A stretch of DNA of 64,000 bases from Lytechinus pictus (Eukaryota): contig NC_087249.1 in assembly GCF_037042905.1 (NCBI RefSeq), forward strand, positions 18,786,001 through 18,850,000, in the 5' to 3' direction. Position numbers and translations under genes: made by a program. This document shows positions 22,447 through 34,616 of this stretch, in pieces. The notes below the pieces were generated by a model. The model saw only the letters and a list, made by a program, of their open reading frames with translations, was not told the DNA's origin and ran no database searches. The stretch's first letter is position 1. Each line of letters begins with the position of its first letter.

Positions 22447-23950
22447 ACTTTATACCCTATATGATCTGATATGCTACTTCATGCATAGGCGAACGACGAA
22501 ATAGGGGCCTACGAAAAGAAGAACAATCATCAGAATCATAATCCTATAATATTGTTTGTTCAAACATAACAATGTTTCTAAAAATTTGTATGAAAACTTA
22601 AAAATAATAATATTGAATAAAGAAGATTATTCTCACAAATTAATTTGTTATTGCTTTAAACTATATATCGTATTTTAAACAAATATATGTGATTCCATGG
22701 TTGACAGCTTTTGTTAGGGATGAATGGTGGCTTTTTGTATTAATGTACCCAAATCAAACCTGCATAATTCATCATAAATTATGACAGATTTGTATATTCT
22801 AAATGTAATTTTACCATATCATACTACCATAGCGGCGTTCGAATTAAAGTACGATAATGTGGAATGCTAGCTTGCTATGTATTGTGTTGCCACTTGTATG
22901 CCACTTAATTTAAAATTATATCAAATCGTGTAATACTCCGGGGAAATCGTTCAAAAGCACAGATCAACATAATTTTAACGTGAAAAAAGTGGCAGTGTCA
23001 TATTAAATGAAGGTTTCTGATTAAAGTCCTCGTACAAAATAGCCATGTCACGGAATGATCTTTCCACGAGGCCGATGACAAAGTTTGTCATCTCAAAACT
23101 ATTTTCTGCTTAGCCTATATGCTCTATCCTTATAAACCCTGCTTTCAGTTTAAAAAATATTCCACGGAGGTGCATATATATCATTTTATACTTGGTTTAA
23201 AATGATTATGTTGTTTCTAGAGGGTATAATTATTTCAGTATACATTGAATATCAGGCTAAGCGGAACAGCTGTTGATGTATCATGGTACGTTATACTCGA
23301 CCTCGTGGATTCTCCATGGTGCAACGATTATAAATTATACAAATTTTATAAGTAAATGGAGATGTATTATTTCGTGTACCAAAGCCGGAGCGTTATCAAA
23401 TTGTCTTTTTTTCAGTTTCGTTTATTCGTCTATTTCAATTTTCAAATATTCAATATTATAATAAACCATTATACATGCTCCAGTTAGAAAATAATATCGA
23501 TTTTCAACTCTTATCGATCTATTTAGTCTTATATTTCTTTAAGTAACAAATTTGTATAATTTAAAAGAAGACAGAAGAGCGTTATTCGTTTGGAGAATTA
23601 TTTTCATTACCACGTTCTAATTATAGTCAAACGATATCTTTGCTGTGTTCTTGTTTATGTTATGCATCGAAATAATGCACTATTTTATATTTCGAGTGTC
23701 GAAATTCGATGGAAAAGAGATGATATGATAAAAGAAAAAAGAAGATATCACGGAAATGTGCATTATCTGCGTGTTTGGATGTGTGATGAAAGGAAATCAC
23801 AAGTTCTTTCACAACCATGACAATAAGTACTGGTCATCCATGTGAAAATAAGGCAAATGATAGTGACATTTATTGTGTAACGGAAGTGACCAAAGAGTGA
23901 CTGATACTGACCTATACAAAGGGCAGTGAATGTGTGTTGAAAAGAAATGA

Positions 23951-24132
23951 TACACAGTAAAAAAAATTATACAACGCTGTTTACTATATGAACCTTACAG
24001 TAATTGTTTAAACAGTTTAAATCTAATCTTCAATAAATTGAACATGATTGTTTAAACGGTTAAACAGATACTGTAAGGTTCATATAGTAAACAGCGTTGT
24101 ATAAAATCTTAAACAGCGTTTTCACTTTGTAA
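23951..24132. mobile_element. Fold-back MITE
   Basis: Long inverted arms TATACAACGCTGTTTACTATATGAACCTTACAGT / ACTGTAAGGTTCATATAGTAAACAGCGTTGTATA. Confidence 0.7.
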
Positions 24133-24932
24133 GTTCTGTCACAATCGTGAAGATCTGATAAGGCATGGCCTATACGTACCATGTGGAAATGAAGCATGAC
24201 GTGATAGTGACGTATATTTTTGCAACGAAAGTGACAAAACAGTAACAAATTCTGAGACCTATGTACAAGCCTAGAGTGGGAGAAGGGAGAAAGTGACGAA
24301 CATAATATTTCTTAACGTGGAGTTTACGGTTCACCATGTGTAATATGAAGAAGGGAAGGAAATACAGGCAGACAGATTGAAATTGAAAGACGAGATAGGA
24401 CTTCATCCTTCTTCTACTCAAACCATCGCTACTCAAGCCATATTCAGCTTATCTCATCTGGTTTACAGTGCTTTTCAGGACTTCACTCACTTTCAAGAAA
24501 GAATACTTCTAATTTCCTCTTTTCATCCTATCTCGTCTTTCAATTTCAATCTTTCTGCCTGTATTTCCTTCCATTACACACGGTGAACCGTAAACCTTCT
24601 CCACGTTATAAACTCCATCATGCAAACCTACAAAGATCATATCATTTCTTTTTGTACAATTTTCTTAAAACACGTGATAATATTTCAATTTATGAAACAT
24701 AACGTATAAACTTGTACATTAGTGGCCTACAGTTGGGAAATGAAGCAAACGAAAATAATGGCATTTATTGCACTAGAAGTTACAGTCTTCTGAAAGATAT
24801 ATGTACGTATTTATTATCCATTATATGAAGAAAAAAATTAAAAATGTAAGGATATCTGACCAGCCCATTGGCAAAATTTTCTAATCCACCCCCACCCCAG
24901 CCCACCACCGTTGCAAATTTCTACTGTTCTTT

Positions 24933-27900
24933 TTATTCACGAGTCCTGCGTTGTTGACTAATCAACTTGAATATGACCAGATCGATTGTAATGATGACGA
25001 GAAGCACCCCGTAAAGCGTAAACAAAGTTCTTAACGATGATGTGACGTCGTAGATATAACCTGGAATGAAGAAAGAAGACAAAGCTCCGATTTGACTGAT
25101 GTGGAAAAAAAATATTCAACAATATTGCATTTTGCCTTAATGTTTGGTGTTAGTGCTCGAGATATATGACTTTTATTTGGGGATGACAGTCATTATTGCC
25201 GATCTCCATGATTGAATTTCACTTCTCTTTCAATGATTCTTTTTAAAAATTCTTTCAGTGGTATCCCCAAGAATTAAGAGACTGTTGAAAGATCAATGAA
25301 AGGCTAGACCCCGTTCCACCGGACGGGGACCCTTGAAAGATCACCGGAAAATGTTAAAATAATCTTTCAGCACTCCTCAAGATCACTGAAATTTGTGGTA
25401 TCTGTGAAATGGCGCCAAAAACCCCTAAAAGAACTGTGGAAGTGTCTGATACGTCTTGTCGTAGTGAAGTTAAACTAGTCCTGCGGTGATCCTTAAGTTA
25501 GTTATTTCAATAGTCTTTCGCAAATTTTAGGCAACAAAATGATCTTTCAGCAATCTTTCTGAGGAATTCCACTTGCCTTTCAATGACCTTTCAGGAGATA
25601 AGTGGTATCTGCAAAAAAGAGGTACTGACGAAATGACCAAAGAAGATTAATCACGTTAATAAGACTTTTGAAAGTGCATGTTGGGATGCAAAATGATTAA
25701 AGAATGTGATAGACCACTCAAGAATGTTATTCCTGAATGGCCGCTGGTCACCGAAAGATCGCTCAAGAGTGACAGTGCAAAATCTTAGAAATGATGGAAA
25801 GTTCAATGAAGGCCATTGGCAGATTATGCAAATCTCATGTTCTTTCGATAAGCATATTTCAGCGGTCTTGCTCTGTGACATGTCTAAAGAGGTAAAAAAA
25901 AATGCACTACAAAATGGGGAGACCCCTCTTTTAGCCGATAATATTGGTATCAATTACGAAATATCCGTCTAGGAATTCCTCCGTAAAAGAGTTAAGAAAG
26001 ACAACTACGTGGTATTGGCGGATGCAGGGGCGTAGGGGAGGGGGTTGATAGGGAACAAGGCCACTTAAAGGTGGCGTCACATTTTCATCAATCGAATTAT
26101 AGGGGTGTTATGGCCGATCCTTCTCTTTTCCTTTTTTCTCCCTCTTTTTATGTTGAAACTGCCTTCTTTTTGAGTTTACTAAGATTGCTTGCCTTCAGGT
26201 CTTCATTGTCACTGACACTCATATATCTTTTTCATAACTTTTAGTTTACGTTTTCTCTATACAATCTGTATAATCACAATCTTTATCGCATCATGGTTAA
26301 ATTGACTATAACTTTGATTTCATACCAGATACGTAGTCTCCCGTTACAATAGCTGCTCCGCCTAGGAAAGGAGTTGCTGCAAGTGCTCCAGGAATATTTT
26401 CTTCGTTCCGAATTGAAAGCTTCATCATCGCATGTGGAATGGAGTCTAATATGAACAAGGTAAAGCCTTGAGCGCCAGCCATTGCTGCTAGGAAAATGTA
26501 GCTTGAACTGACAAAATCGATGAAGAACGTGCAAGCACTTATCATGCAAGCGATACAGAAAATAACTGTGTTGTCATAGTCGAAGTACAAAAGCACCAGG
26601 TACAGGATGCGACCGAATATCCCGCTAATGCCTGCAATACTTGACAGAAAGACAGCATTCGATCTGTCGATTCCGGCTCCTACCGCATGGGGTACAAGAA
26701 ACAGCATCCAGCCGGCCATCATGAAAAATTGCAGGATTATGGCGAGAGCAACAAGGGTGTAGAGGGGCTCTTGTAAGAACACGACTGATTTAAGTTTGGT
26801 CGTGAATGAAGCACATGAACACCAAGAACTTTTGCCATCTGATGACATCATTTCATTATTTGATTGCGAGTTTTGCCCCGACAGCTGCGCTGACAAAAGT
26901 TTTGATGTCTCACTCTCATCTTTTCCTGGATGGTGATGGTGTTGATCTCCACGTTTGTCGACTGGCTCAGACGTTGGAGTGTCAACCAGTGGGTCTTTTC
27001 CCCCATCGTCTGTGGATTTTACGCAGTCGTGTCTTCTCCTGTCTCGAGGTGGTCTGACGACAGCACCACAAACAACAATATGGGAAGCGATACCACCGAG
27101 AATGAGAAAGCTACCAGTGTATCCGTAGGCTTCTAGAGACCTCTCAACGATGATAGGAACTAGGAAAGCACCGCACGTCCACCCGAAGAAGGTCAGCGCG
27201 TTTGAAAAGATGAAGGACTTGGAAAAGTAGACGTTGAAATACAGCAGTAATGGATAAAACGTCAGAGCCATGCCGTAACCTTTAAAAAAAACGGAAAAAA
27301 ATTACATGATAAAATTCAGGAAATGACCAGTCGTGACATGCTATTGAAGGTCTCCGACACTCAAAAAGAGTTGAATTTCCACCTTTATTTCAAGTATGGG
27401 TCTAAAGTATAGGCTTAGGTTAAATTTCAAGTCATGTTCAAGTGTATACGTAAATAACATGCTCATGTTCAACATGCTCCCGCCTTCATTCCACAATTTT
27501 TATACTAAGAACACATCTATTCATTCATACCCTACCCGTAACTCTTCAAATTTTTATTTAATAAACCCAAAATTGCTTATTGACCATGGTCCCGATTTAT
27601 GGAACTCTCTGCCAGAGCCTATAATAAACGCTCTTCTCCTTACTCATTTAAGGCTAACGTTAAATCCATGTTATTATCAGAATATTTGAAATAAATTTTC
27701 TGTATCAACATAATCATCACCATTTAATAGCTCCACCATCACCGTCATCATCATCCTCATCATCTGCATCTTCATTATTCAAATTATGAACTGATATTAC
27801 CATTCTGCTGTATAAAGGTATGATTGATTTTATTGAGTTTTAAATCTGGGGTTGTCATTCTTCTTTCAAGCAATCTGCTTATGATGACAATCCTCCTGCA

Positions 27901-29703
27901 AACTGTGCTTGTTGTAATTTGGTAGCAGATATTTATATAGAATTATTCTCTGTTTTCAAAATTTTTCTTTATGATTCATGCCAAAAACAGTTTTAATATA
28001 TCATGTTTGTTATGTTATGAAAAAATGTATTATACGAATGATATGAATGCAGAAAAAATAATCAAATCAAATTAAGTCCACCACAGAAAAATTATTTGAA
28101 ACAATTGACGAAAATCAAACCAGCTAGCATAACGCTGAAAATTTCAACAAAATCGGATGTAAGATAAGTAAGTTATGACATTTCAAACTTTCGGCTTTTT
28201 TCACAAAACATACACAAGTCAGTGATATGAGAGAGAAGATGATGTCCCTCACTCACTATTTATTTTGTTTTATTTTTTTCGATTGTTATATTATATTGAA
28301 TTATACATTTCCATTTTTACAGCATAATTAATGTCATATAATAAAATAAAAAAGAAATAGTGAGTGGATGACGCCATCGCCAGTCTCCTCATTTGCATAC
28401 CAACCAGGATGTGCATATAACTGTTTTGTGAAATTAAGCGAAACTTTAAAGTATCATAACTTTCTTATTTTACATCCGATTTTGATGAAATTTTCAGTGT
28501 CATGCTTGTTGGATTTTTCTCTTTTGGTTTAAATCAACTTTTTGTTGGGATGGACTTGTCTTTAACATGTTTAAGCATCCCCCGTTGCTCTTATTCTAGT
28601 ATAATTCTGAGTTTGAGCTTCGTTATAGAGATCTGAAATGATGGGTGTATTAAGACATTCTGGCATATATATGAAGGAAAGCCAAAGTGGCTGGTCTCGC
28701 AAGGCCAGACCACTTTTTCAGATATCGATTACACAATGCATCTAGTAACTTTAAATGGTGTGTGTGGGTTTGAGGGTGTGTGGGTGTGTATGTAGATGTA
28801 TATCTATCGACGGGGTGCATCTAGATTTTATTCGCGTAGTGGATAGGCGAAACTATAGGTTTTGTTAGGAAATTTTGAAGAATTGTTACGAATGAAAGAT
28901 CTCTTCACGACCGACTAGAATCACTATATTGACCTGAAAAAAATACTCATGAATAAAAGAGATGAGCAAAAAAAAATGTAGAATTACTTCAACGAAAAAG
29001 GCGGAGACAAAATATACCTGTTACAGAGAGCACTATACCAAGTATATGGATAGATGGAGCCCAAGGGGCGTATATCATTGGAAGGGCACATAATAGTCCA
29101 CTGACCATCCCCATTGTCCGGGGTGTTGTCAATTTCAGCAATAACATCGTGATGGGAACTTGAAAGAGAAAAGACAAATTGATTTATTTTTAGTCATTAT
29201 CTCAGACCTGGTTTATGATAATGTCAATCATGTTATGTTTGGCATATTTGTAGCAAATCCAATCGATTCTATCCGAACAGCAAGTTGACTTGAATCGAAA
29301 TATAGGATATATTAATTGCAATTGCTTATTTCCTCGCTCGCTGAGTTTGCTCGTATATTCATACACACCTGCACACATGGCAGATCGAAGTTTATCATTA
29401 AATTACAAGTAGAGTTCTGACCCACCCCCCATTAAAATTTCTTTGCGATACCCCGAACGTACGTGTAGGCTATTGTGGTGTTACCCATTTTCTGTACTCA
29501 CCAGCGAAATACATCATCGTGCTGGGAAGACTCAAAACAAAGGCTGCAGTCTTGTAGTCGCTGTCGTACAGGACAACGACGTCGGGGATGAGTACTCCGA
29601 ATGACTTGGTAATCCCGCCGTCGATAAATAGAAGCAGAAACTTACTCATAAAGATGAAATATTTCCAGGGATCGGAAGAATCTTCATGCATAGTTTCCGC
29701 CAT
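24933..29703 (-). CDS. Monocarboxylate transporter family (SLC16/MCT-like) MFS transporter, 474 aa, 4 coding exons
   Basis: Exons (minus) 29502-29703, 29018-29158, 26326-27279, 24933-25060 join in frame (1425 nt). Hydrophobic MFS helices, TM1 GITKSFGVL, YGYTGSFLILGG..H..VCG..VRP, a long central loop, FLVPHA...GI and a terminal GYIYDVTSS, all typical of SLC16 proteins. Confidence 0.9.
27470..28072 (+). mobile_element. L2/Crack-group LINE 3' fragment in the MCT intron
   Basis: LPPSFHNFY...HSYPTRNSS...GPDLWNSLP remnant, then a 3' UTR ending in AATCAAATCAAA. Confidence 0.65.
28072..28561. mobile_element. Kolobok-like MITE, same family as 6322-6905
   Basis: Shared TIR segments (AAATCGGATGTAAGATAAG / CTTATTTTACATCCGATTT); ends in GGACTTGTCTTTAA. 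Confidence 0.7.
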
Positions 29704-29752
29704 TTTTTTCCGGGTTGCATGAATAGTAAGCAAGCAGCATATGGAATAAATA

Positions 29753-30397
29753 CAGAGTGAGTCAGAAAAAATGTCCCATCAGTTTGAAGTTTTCTTTTCT
29801 GAAGTATGATTTATTTATTGATATGTCTTTGGGCCTGTTGCATAAAACTTTTGCCATAAAAAAACTCTGGCAAATTTTAGTACCATTTTCATGTGGATCT
29901 TTGCATGCGTGACTGACTATGAGACAATCTCCTGGACAGGTCGCAAAATCTCACTTGTGCCAAGTTGTTGGGTGCGTGTGTGTGAGTTTGTTTTGTGAGA
30001 TCGAGCGCCTTTGTAATGTTGATTTATGACTCATGATTTTGCCCCCCCCCCCCCACTCTGAAAGATCGACGCCCCTGTGTGGTGGTGGCGTGTGTGTGTG
30101 TGTGTGTGTGCGTGTGAGGGTGTAGAGGTGCGTGTGCGTCTGTGTGTTGAAGGATGGGTAGCTTTCTGCATGCACAGAAGTTATAACTTTATCTATCTGC
30201 CTTTTCACCCATCAACTTGGCGGAACTGAAATTTTACAACCTTCAGGAGATTGTCTCATACCAAATGAAAATGGTACCAAAATAAGCGGAGAGAATAGCT
30301 CTATCAGGACATATCAAGAAATTAATATTTAATTGTTCGTAAATTCATATTTCAGAAAAGACATCTGATGGGACATTTTTTTCTGACTCGCTCTGTT
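29753..30397. mobile_element. Tc1-like MITE with nested pieces, immediately upstream of the MCT start codon
   Basis: TA|CAGAGTGAGTCAGAAAAAATGTCCCATCAG ... CTGATGGGACATTTTTTTCTGACTCGCTCTG. Confidence 0.7.
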
Positions 30398-31519
30398 TAT
30401 TACAACATAATTATATTTATGCATTCATCTATATACCATTAGCAAAGATTGTATTAATATTATGTATGGGAATAGAATGAAAGAGAAGAAAAAAAATTTG
30501 CCAAAGGAAACCGTTGATACAATAAAGTAACGGAGTACAAGAATTTCTAGGCACTTTACAAATTCATAACCCCGTGACGATCCATTTTCTTCATACGGTT
30601 TGATAATATGTCTTCAGCACAAGCACTAGACAATAATGAACGGGGCAGAACATTTCTACACACATGCATGAATTTATTCTCTAATATTCAACACAAAATA
30701 AGTACTTTACATCTATAAAATCAAATCAAATATATGTATATACTGTATTATGACTGTAATAAGTGGCTCTACCATGAATAAACATAATTTGAAGGATCAG
30801 TGGTAATTAGATTTGAATTCATTTTCAGCTTTAAAGCCTTTAGGGGTATCAGGACCAATTAGCCACTTTTTGCCTCCTGTACTGACGGACAGAAACATGA
30901 TGCAAAAACCAAGAATCGTCACTACTACTCATGGTAACGGAATACACGCAATATAGGCATTCGCGTGTACATTTAGGAATTTAACAAAAACTGAGAAGAG
31001 TATGCGATCCGTTCAGATATGTGCATATTTAGTCAAAACTCTAAATATTCAAAGGAAACATAGTTTTATATACAATTGGCATTTTAAAGGGGAATCCAAC
31101 CCAATTAAAAAGATCTTTTTACAGGAAAAAAAAAAATCAGTCAAGTTGATATACTTGAAAGTTTGAGCAATATCGGACCCCGGGGGCCACTTAATTCCAT
31201 TGACGAGTGGATACCATGCGTGACCATGGGGTTTCCAAAAGCACCCTACATAAGTATTTTCCATGTTCTGAAAATGCACCCCTTAACAAGTATTGGAAAC
31301 AAAACGGTACCCTTGACAAGTAATCCATGAAGTGCCCCCCCCCCCGGATTATGTCTAGTAATGTAAGGTAAGGACTACTCTCCTACTTACCTCAGTATAT
31401 AAAATGGCTAGAATGTTTTTTCCCCCGATTTGTTTTTATTATTTTTTTAAACAAGTGCACACCAAGTTACCAATAATGCCTATAGCATTTCCATTTATTT
31501 TAAAGCAGTATAAAAGAGC

Positions 31520-31629
31520 ATAGCACATTAAATGCCTTGCTCACAGGCATAGGTGCCGCGGCCGGGGATCGAACCCCGGACTTTTTATGTATAGCCAGGC
31601 GCCTTAGACCACTCGGCTACGGCACCTCC
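31520..31629 (-). mobile_element. tRNA-derived SINE head (3'-truncated)
   Basis: Minus strand GGTGCCGTAGCCGAGTGGTCTAAGGCG...GGTTCGATCCCCGGCCGCGGCACC has A and B boxes. The anticodon arm does not pair, and it is followed by the SINE-body motif GCCTGTGAGCAAGGCATTT. Confidence 0.75.
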
Positions 31630-31859
31630 ACTCACCCACATAGCATGCTTACCCCCTCATCTGTTTTTAATCTCATTATGATTTTGTTATCAACATATTT
31701 TGTTATTTATGCTGAGAATAATATAAACAAGTAAAGTGATGAAAGATATGGTGATCTATTTTATCACAAATCTATGTCAAAATCTATTTTAAAATTTTGT
31801 TTTTATTTAATTTAAGTGCTTGACCTATTAAAAAGGCATCTGCCTGTGTAACAATAATA

Positions 31860-33062
31860 TTTAGATTTAGATTTATTCATTTTCCGTTCACAAAGCACAA
31901 ACAAAATCAAAGTAACAATACATAGTCAAATTTAAAGTACAATGTCACTCGGAATAATGCATAAGAATTAGAAGGTATAAACAATGAGAACTAATGAGAA
32001 CTAAAGTAATTTTGACTAATAACTATATAAAACAGAACGGAGGGGCTTGCCAAGAAAAGCGAAGCTTGTATGGAAGGCAAGCCCCTGTAACTTAGTTTCA
32101 ATACGTAACTTAGAGACAACATTACAAAATTATAGTATAAAGGAGAGACGGAAGACAGTTTAAAAGGATGCTATACAAAATATCGAAGGTAACAACGAAA
32201 GAGTGACACAAATTAGAATAAATGATAATAGTAATAATTAAAAAATAAATAAATAAAATAATAATAATATGGTTACAATAATTGTGATAATGAGGGAGAA
32301 ACAGAGAGGCAAATGTAGGGAGAGAGGAGGGGTGCAGGTACAATTGGAGGTGCAATGAGGAGCATGGCATGTGCGGGAACAGGTCGGCAGGCAAGTTTCC
32401 TGGGAGGTTAAAAAAGAGGGGTTTTTTAGTAGTTTTTGTTGCAGTTTAAGTTATATGGAAGATTGACTTGTTTGTGTAAAGTATTGGCAAATAAGCATCT
32501 TTTTAAGGTTATGTTTAAAAATAGTGATGTTGGGGATTCCTTGAAGTCGTTGGGCAAGGAATTCCAATATACGGGACCAGAAAAGACAAAAGAATTTTTT
32601 GCAAGTAAAGTTCGGGTTGGAGGTAGGTGATAAGAGTTTCGTTGTCTATAGGATAATCGTGTACAGAGAAGTTTTTGCAGAACATAATTGAAAAAATTGC
32701 GGGGAGATCATCTTTATTTAGTTTTTGTACATAAATTGGCCTAGTTGGAACAGATATATATAATTAACTTTAAGGATTTTATTTTCAAAAATTAATTTAT
32801 CTGTGTGACATCTGAAATGTGTATGAAATATTATCCTAAGTGTTTTTTTCTGTAACAAAAGTATCCTATGTAATTGTGTTTGAATTGCACAACCCCATGT
32901 CAAAATACCGTAATTAATGTATGGTAATATTAAGGTGTGATATAGTGTAAGTAGTGTACGAGATGGAAGAAAAAAATTTGAGCTTGTTGATAATTCCAAT
33001 ATTTCTTGAAATTGTTTTGCATATATTGTCGATGTGTGCTTTCCATGATAATTTATTAGTAT
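31860..33062 (-). mobile_element. 3' fragment of an L2-group (Crack/Daphne-like) LINE with a (TAAATC)-type tail
   Basis: Frameshifted ORF2 C-terminus LSWKAHIDNICKTISRNIGII / LYHTLILPYINYGILTWG / LLLQKKTLRII...WNSLP, followed by a 3' UTR ending AATAAATCTAAATCTAA. Confidence 0.85.
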
Positions 33063-33274
33063 ACCTATCCTGACCTCTCGAAAAGCGCAATATAAATCTA
33101 ATCATCATCATAATTATTATTCAAGCTCGTATTCGGGGGGGGCGGGTACGCGAAAAAGTGGGCGCCAAAAAGAGGAAGAAAGAAATGTAAAAAGGAAAAG
33201 GGGGAGAAAAAAGGAGGGAAAGAAGAAGAGAAAGAGAAAAACCGGGAAAAGAAAGAGAGAAGGAAAAAAAGGGA

Positions 33275-33672
33275 AGGGGGACGCCGAATCGATGTTCGAC
33301 CTAGGGGGCGCCGAATTAATGTTCAACCTACGGGCGTCAAATTTATTTTTGACCTAGGGGGACCAAATTGATGTTCAACATAGGGGAGGCGCTGAATTCA
33401 TGTTTTTCTTAGGGGCGGCGAATCTATGTTCGACCTGGGAACGCCGACGTGATGTTTGAAAAAGGGGGCGCCGAATTGATGTTCAACCTATATAGGGGGT
33501 GCCGAATTGATGTTCGACATACGGGTGCCAAATTGATGTTTGTCCTGAGGCGCGAAATTTATGTACCTAGGGAGGGGGTTCCAAATTCATATAAGACCTT
33601 TGGGGCACTGCGTTTGATGCTTGACCCGGGGCGCCAAATTCATGTTTCACATGGGGCGCCAAACTCATGTTT
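33275..33672. repeat. ~29-31 bp GC-rich minisatellite
   Basis: About 13 diverged tandem units of GGGGCGCCGAATTGATGTTCGACCTA. Confidence 0.85.
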
Positions 33673-34084
33673 GCTCGCATCAAAATAATGCTTAGTTAGA
33701 TGCCCATCCTGTTCACGATTACCAAAAGTGCTTAGAAAGTCTAAATTTTAGGTCAGAATATCAAAAGATTTCATGTCGCTCTTCGCGCTCGCATCAAAAT
33801 TTGTTTAGTAAGGTGACGAACCTGTTCAAGTGCTTAGAATGTCCAACTTTTTTTAATGTATACCATTTTAATGAGGAAAATTTAAAACCTTGCCAGCTGT
33901 AACTTTCAGAGTTCTTTTTATTTTTACAAAGCGTATGGTTATAGGGGTGTTTACATGGTGCAATGAGGCAAGACAAAAAGAAAGAAAAAGAAAATGGGTG
34001 CATTATTTCTGAAACAATGTAAGAAAGCAAAGCGAAAAAGAAATCAGAATGAACTAGGGTAAAACATATTCTTCTTCCTTAACA

Positions 34085-34215
34085 TTCTCCTCCCCCTCCT
34101 TCTTCTTCTTTTCCTAAATCTTCTTCTTCTTCAGTCTTTTTCTTCTTCTTCCTCTTCTTCTCCTTCTTCTTCTTTTTCTTCTTCCTCTTCTTCTTCTTCA
34201 TCTTCTTCTTCTTCA
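34085..34215. repeat. (TTC)n polypyrimidine tract upstream of Pygopus
   Basis: Direct inspection. Confidence 0.85.
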
Positions 34216-34325
34216 GAAGCCCAAGTTTGAACTTCTTGGCTTTTATATAGTTTCGCTCGTCACTGTTACTTCTGCGTCATGCATTTATCTGAATTCAGAG
34301 AATTACTTTGATCTAATTAGATTAC

Positions 34326-34340
34326 TAGCGCCATCTACTG
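34326..34340 (-). promoter_or_regulatory. Candidate CTCF site about 290 bp upstream of the Pygopus ATG
   Basis: Minus strand CAGTAGATGGCGCTA matches the CTCF core CCASYAGRKGGCGC; motif match only. Confidence 0.4.
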
Positions 34341-34616
34341 TTACATCCACTGTAGTTTTCGACGCGGATATTTTCCAGGCACCGGATAAGGTTAAATGAT
34401 GCTTGTAAACGCTTAAATTATGAGCTTAACGTCCACAATTGCCCAGCATCATTTCTGCAACTAGCTGCCTGATGCCAAGAGAAAAAAAGACTACCAAAAG
34501 ACTCCGCAGTAAGTATCTCGTATCTCCTAAAAATGATTTTGATTAATGAACTGCAGCAGTGTAGGTTTCTTGAGCGGCAGATCGATTCGGAGCCCGCGGA
34601 GGCCTGTTCCGCTGCC

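Noticed and set aside
31552-31626. Possible tRNA gene (perfect 7-bp acceptor stem, A and B boxes)
   Set aside because: The anticodon stem cannot pair and the sequence runs into a SINE-body motif; called a SINE head.
33275-33672. CRISPR-like ~30 bp periodicity
   Set aside because: Eukaryotic DNA; the units are contiguous with no unique spacers, so this is a minisatellite.
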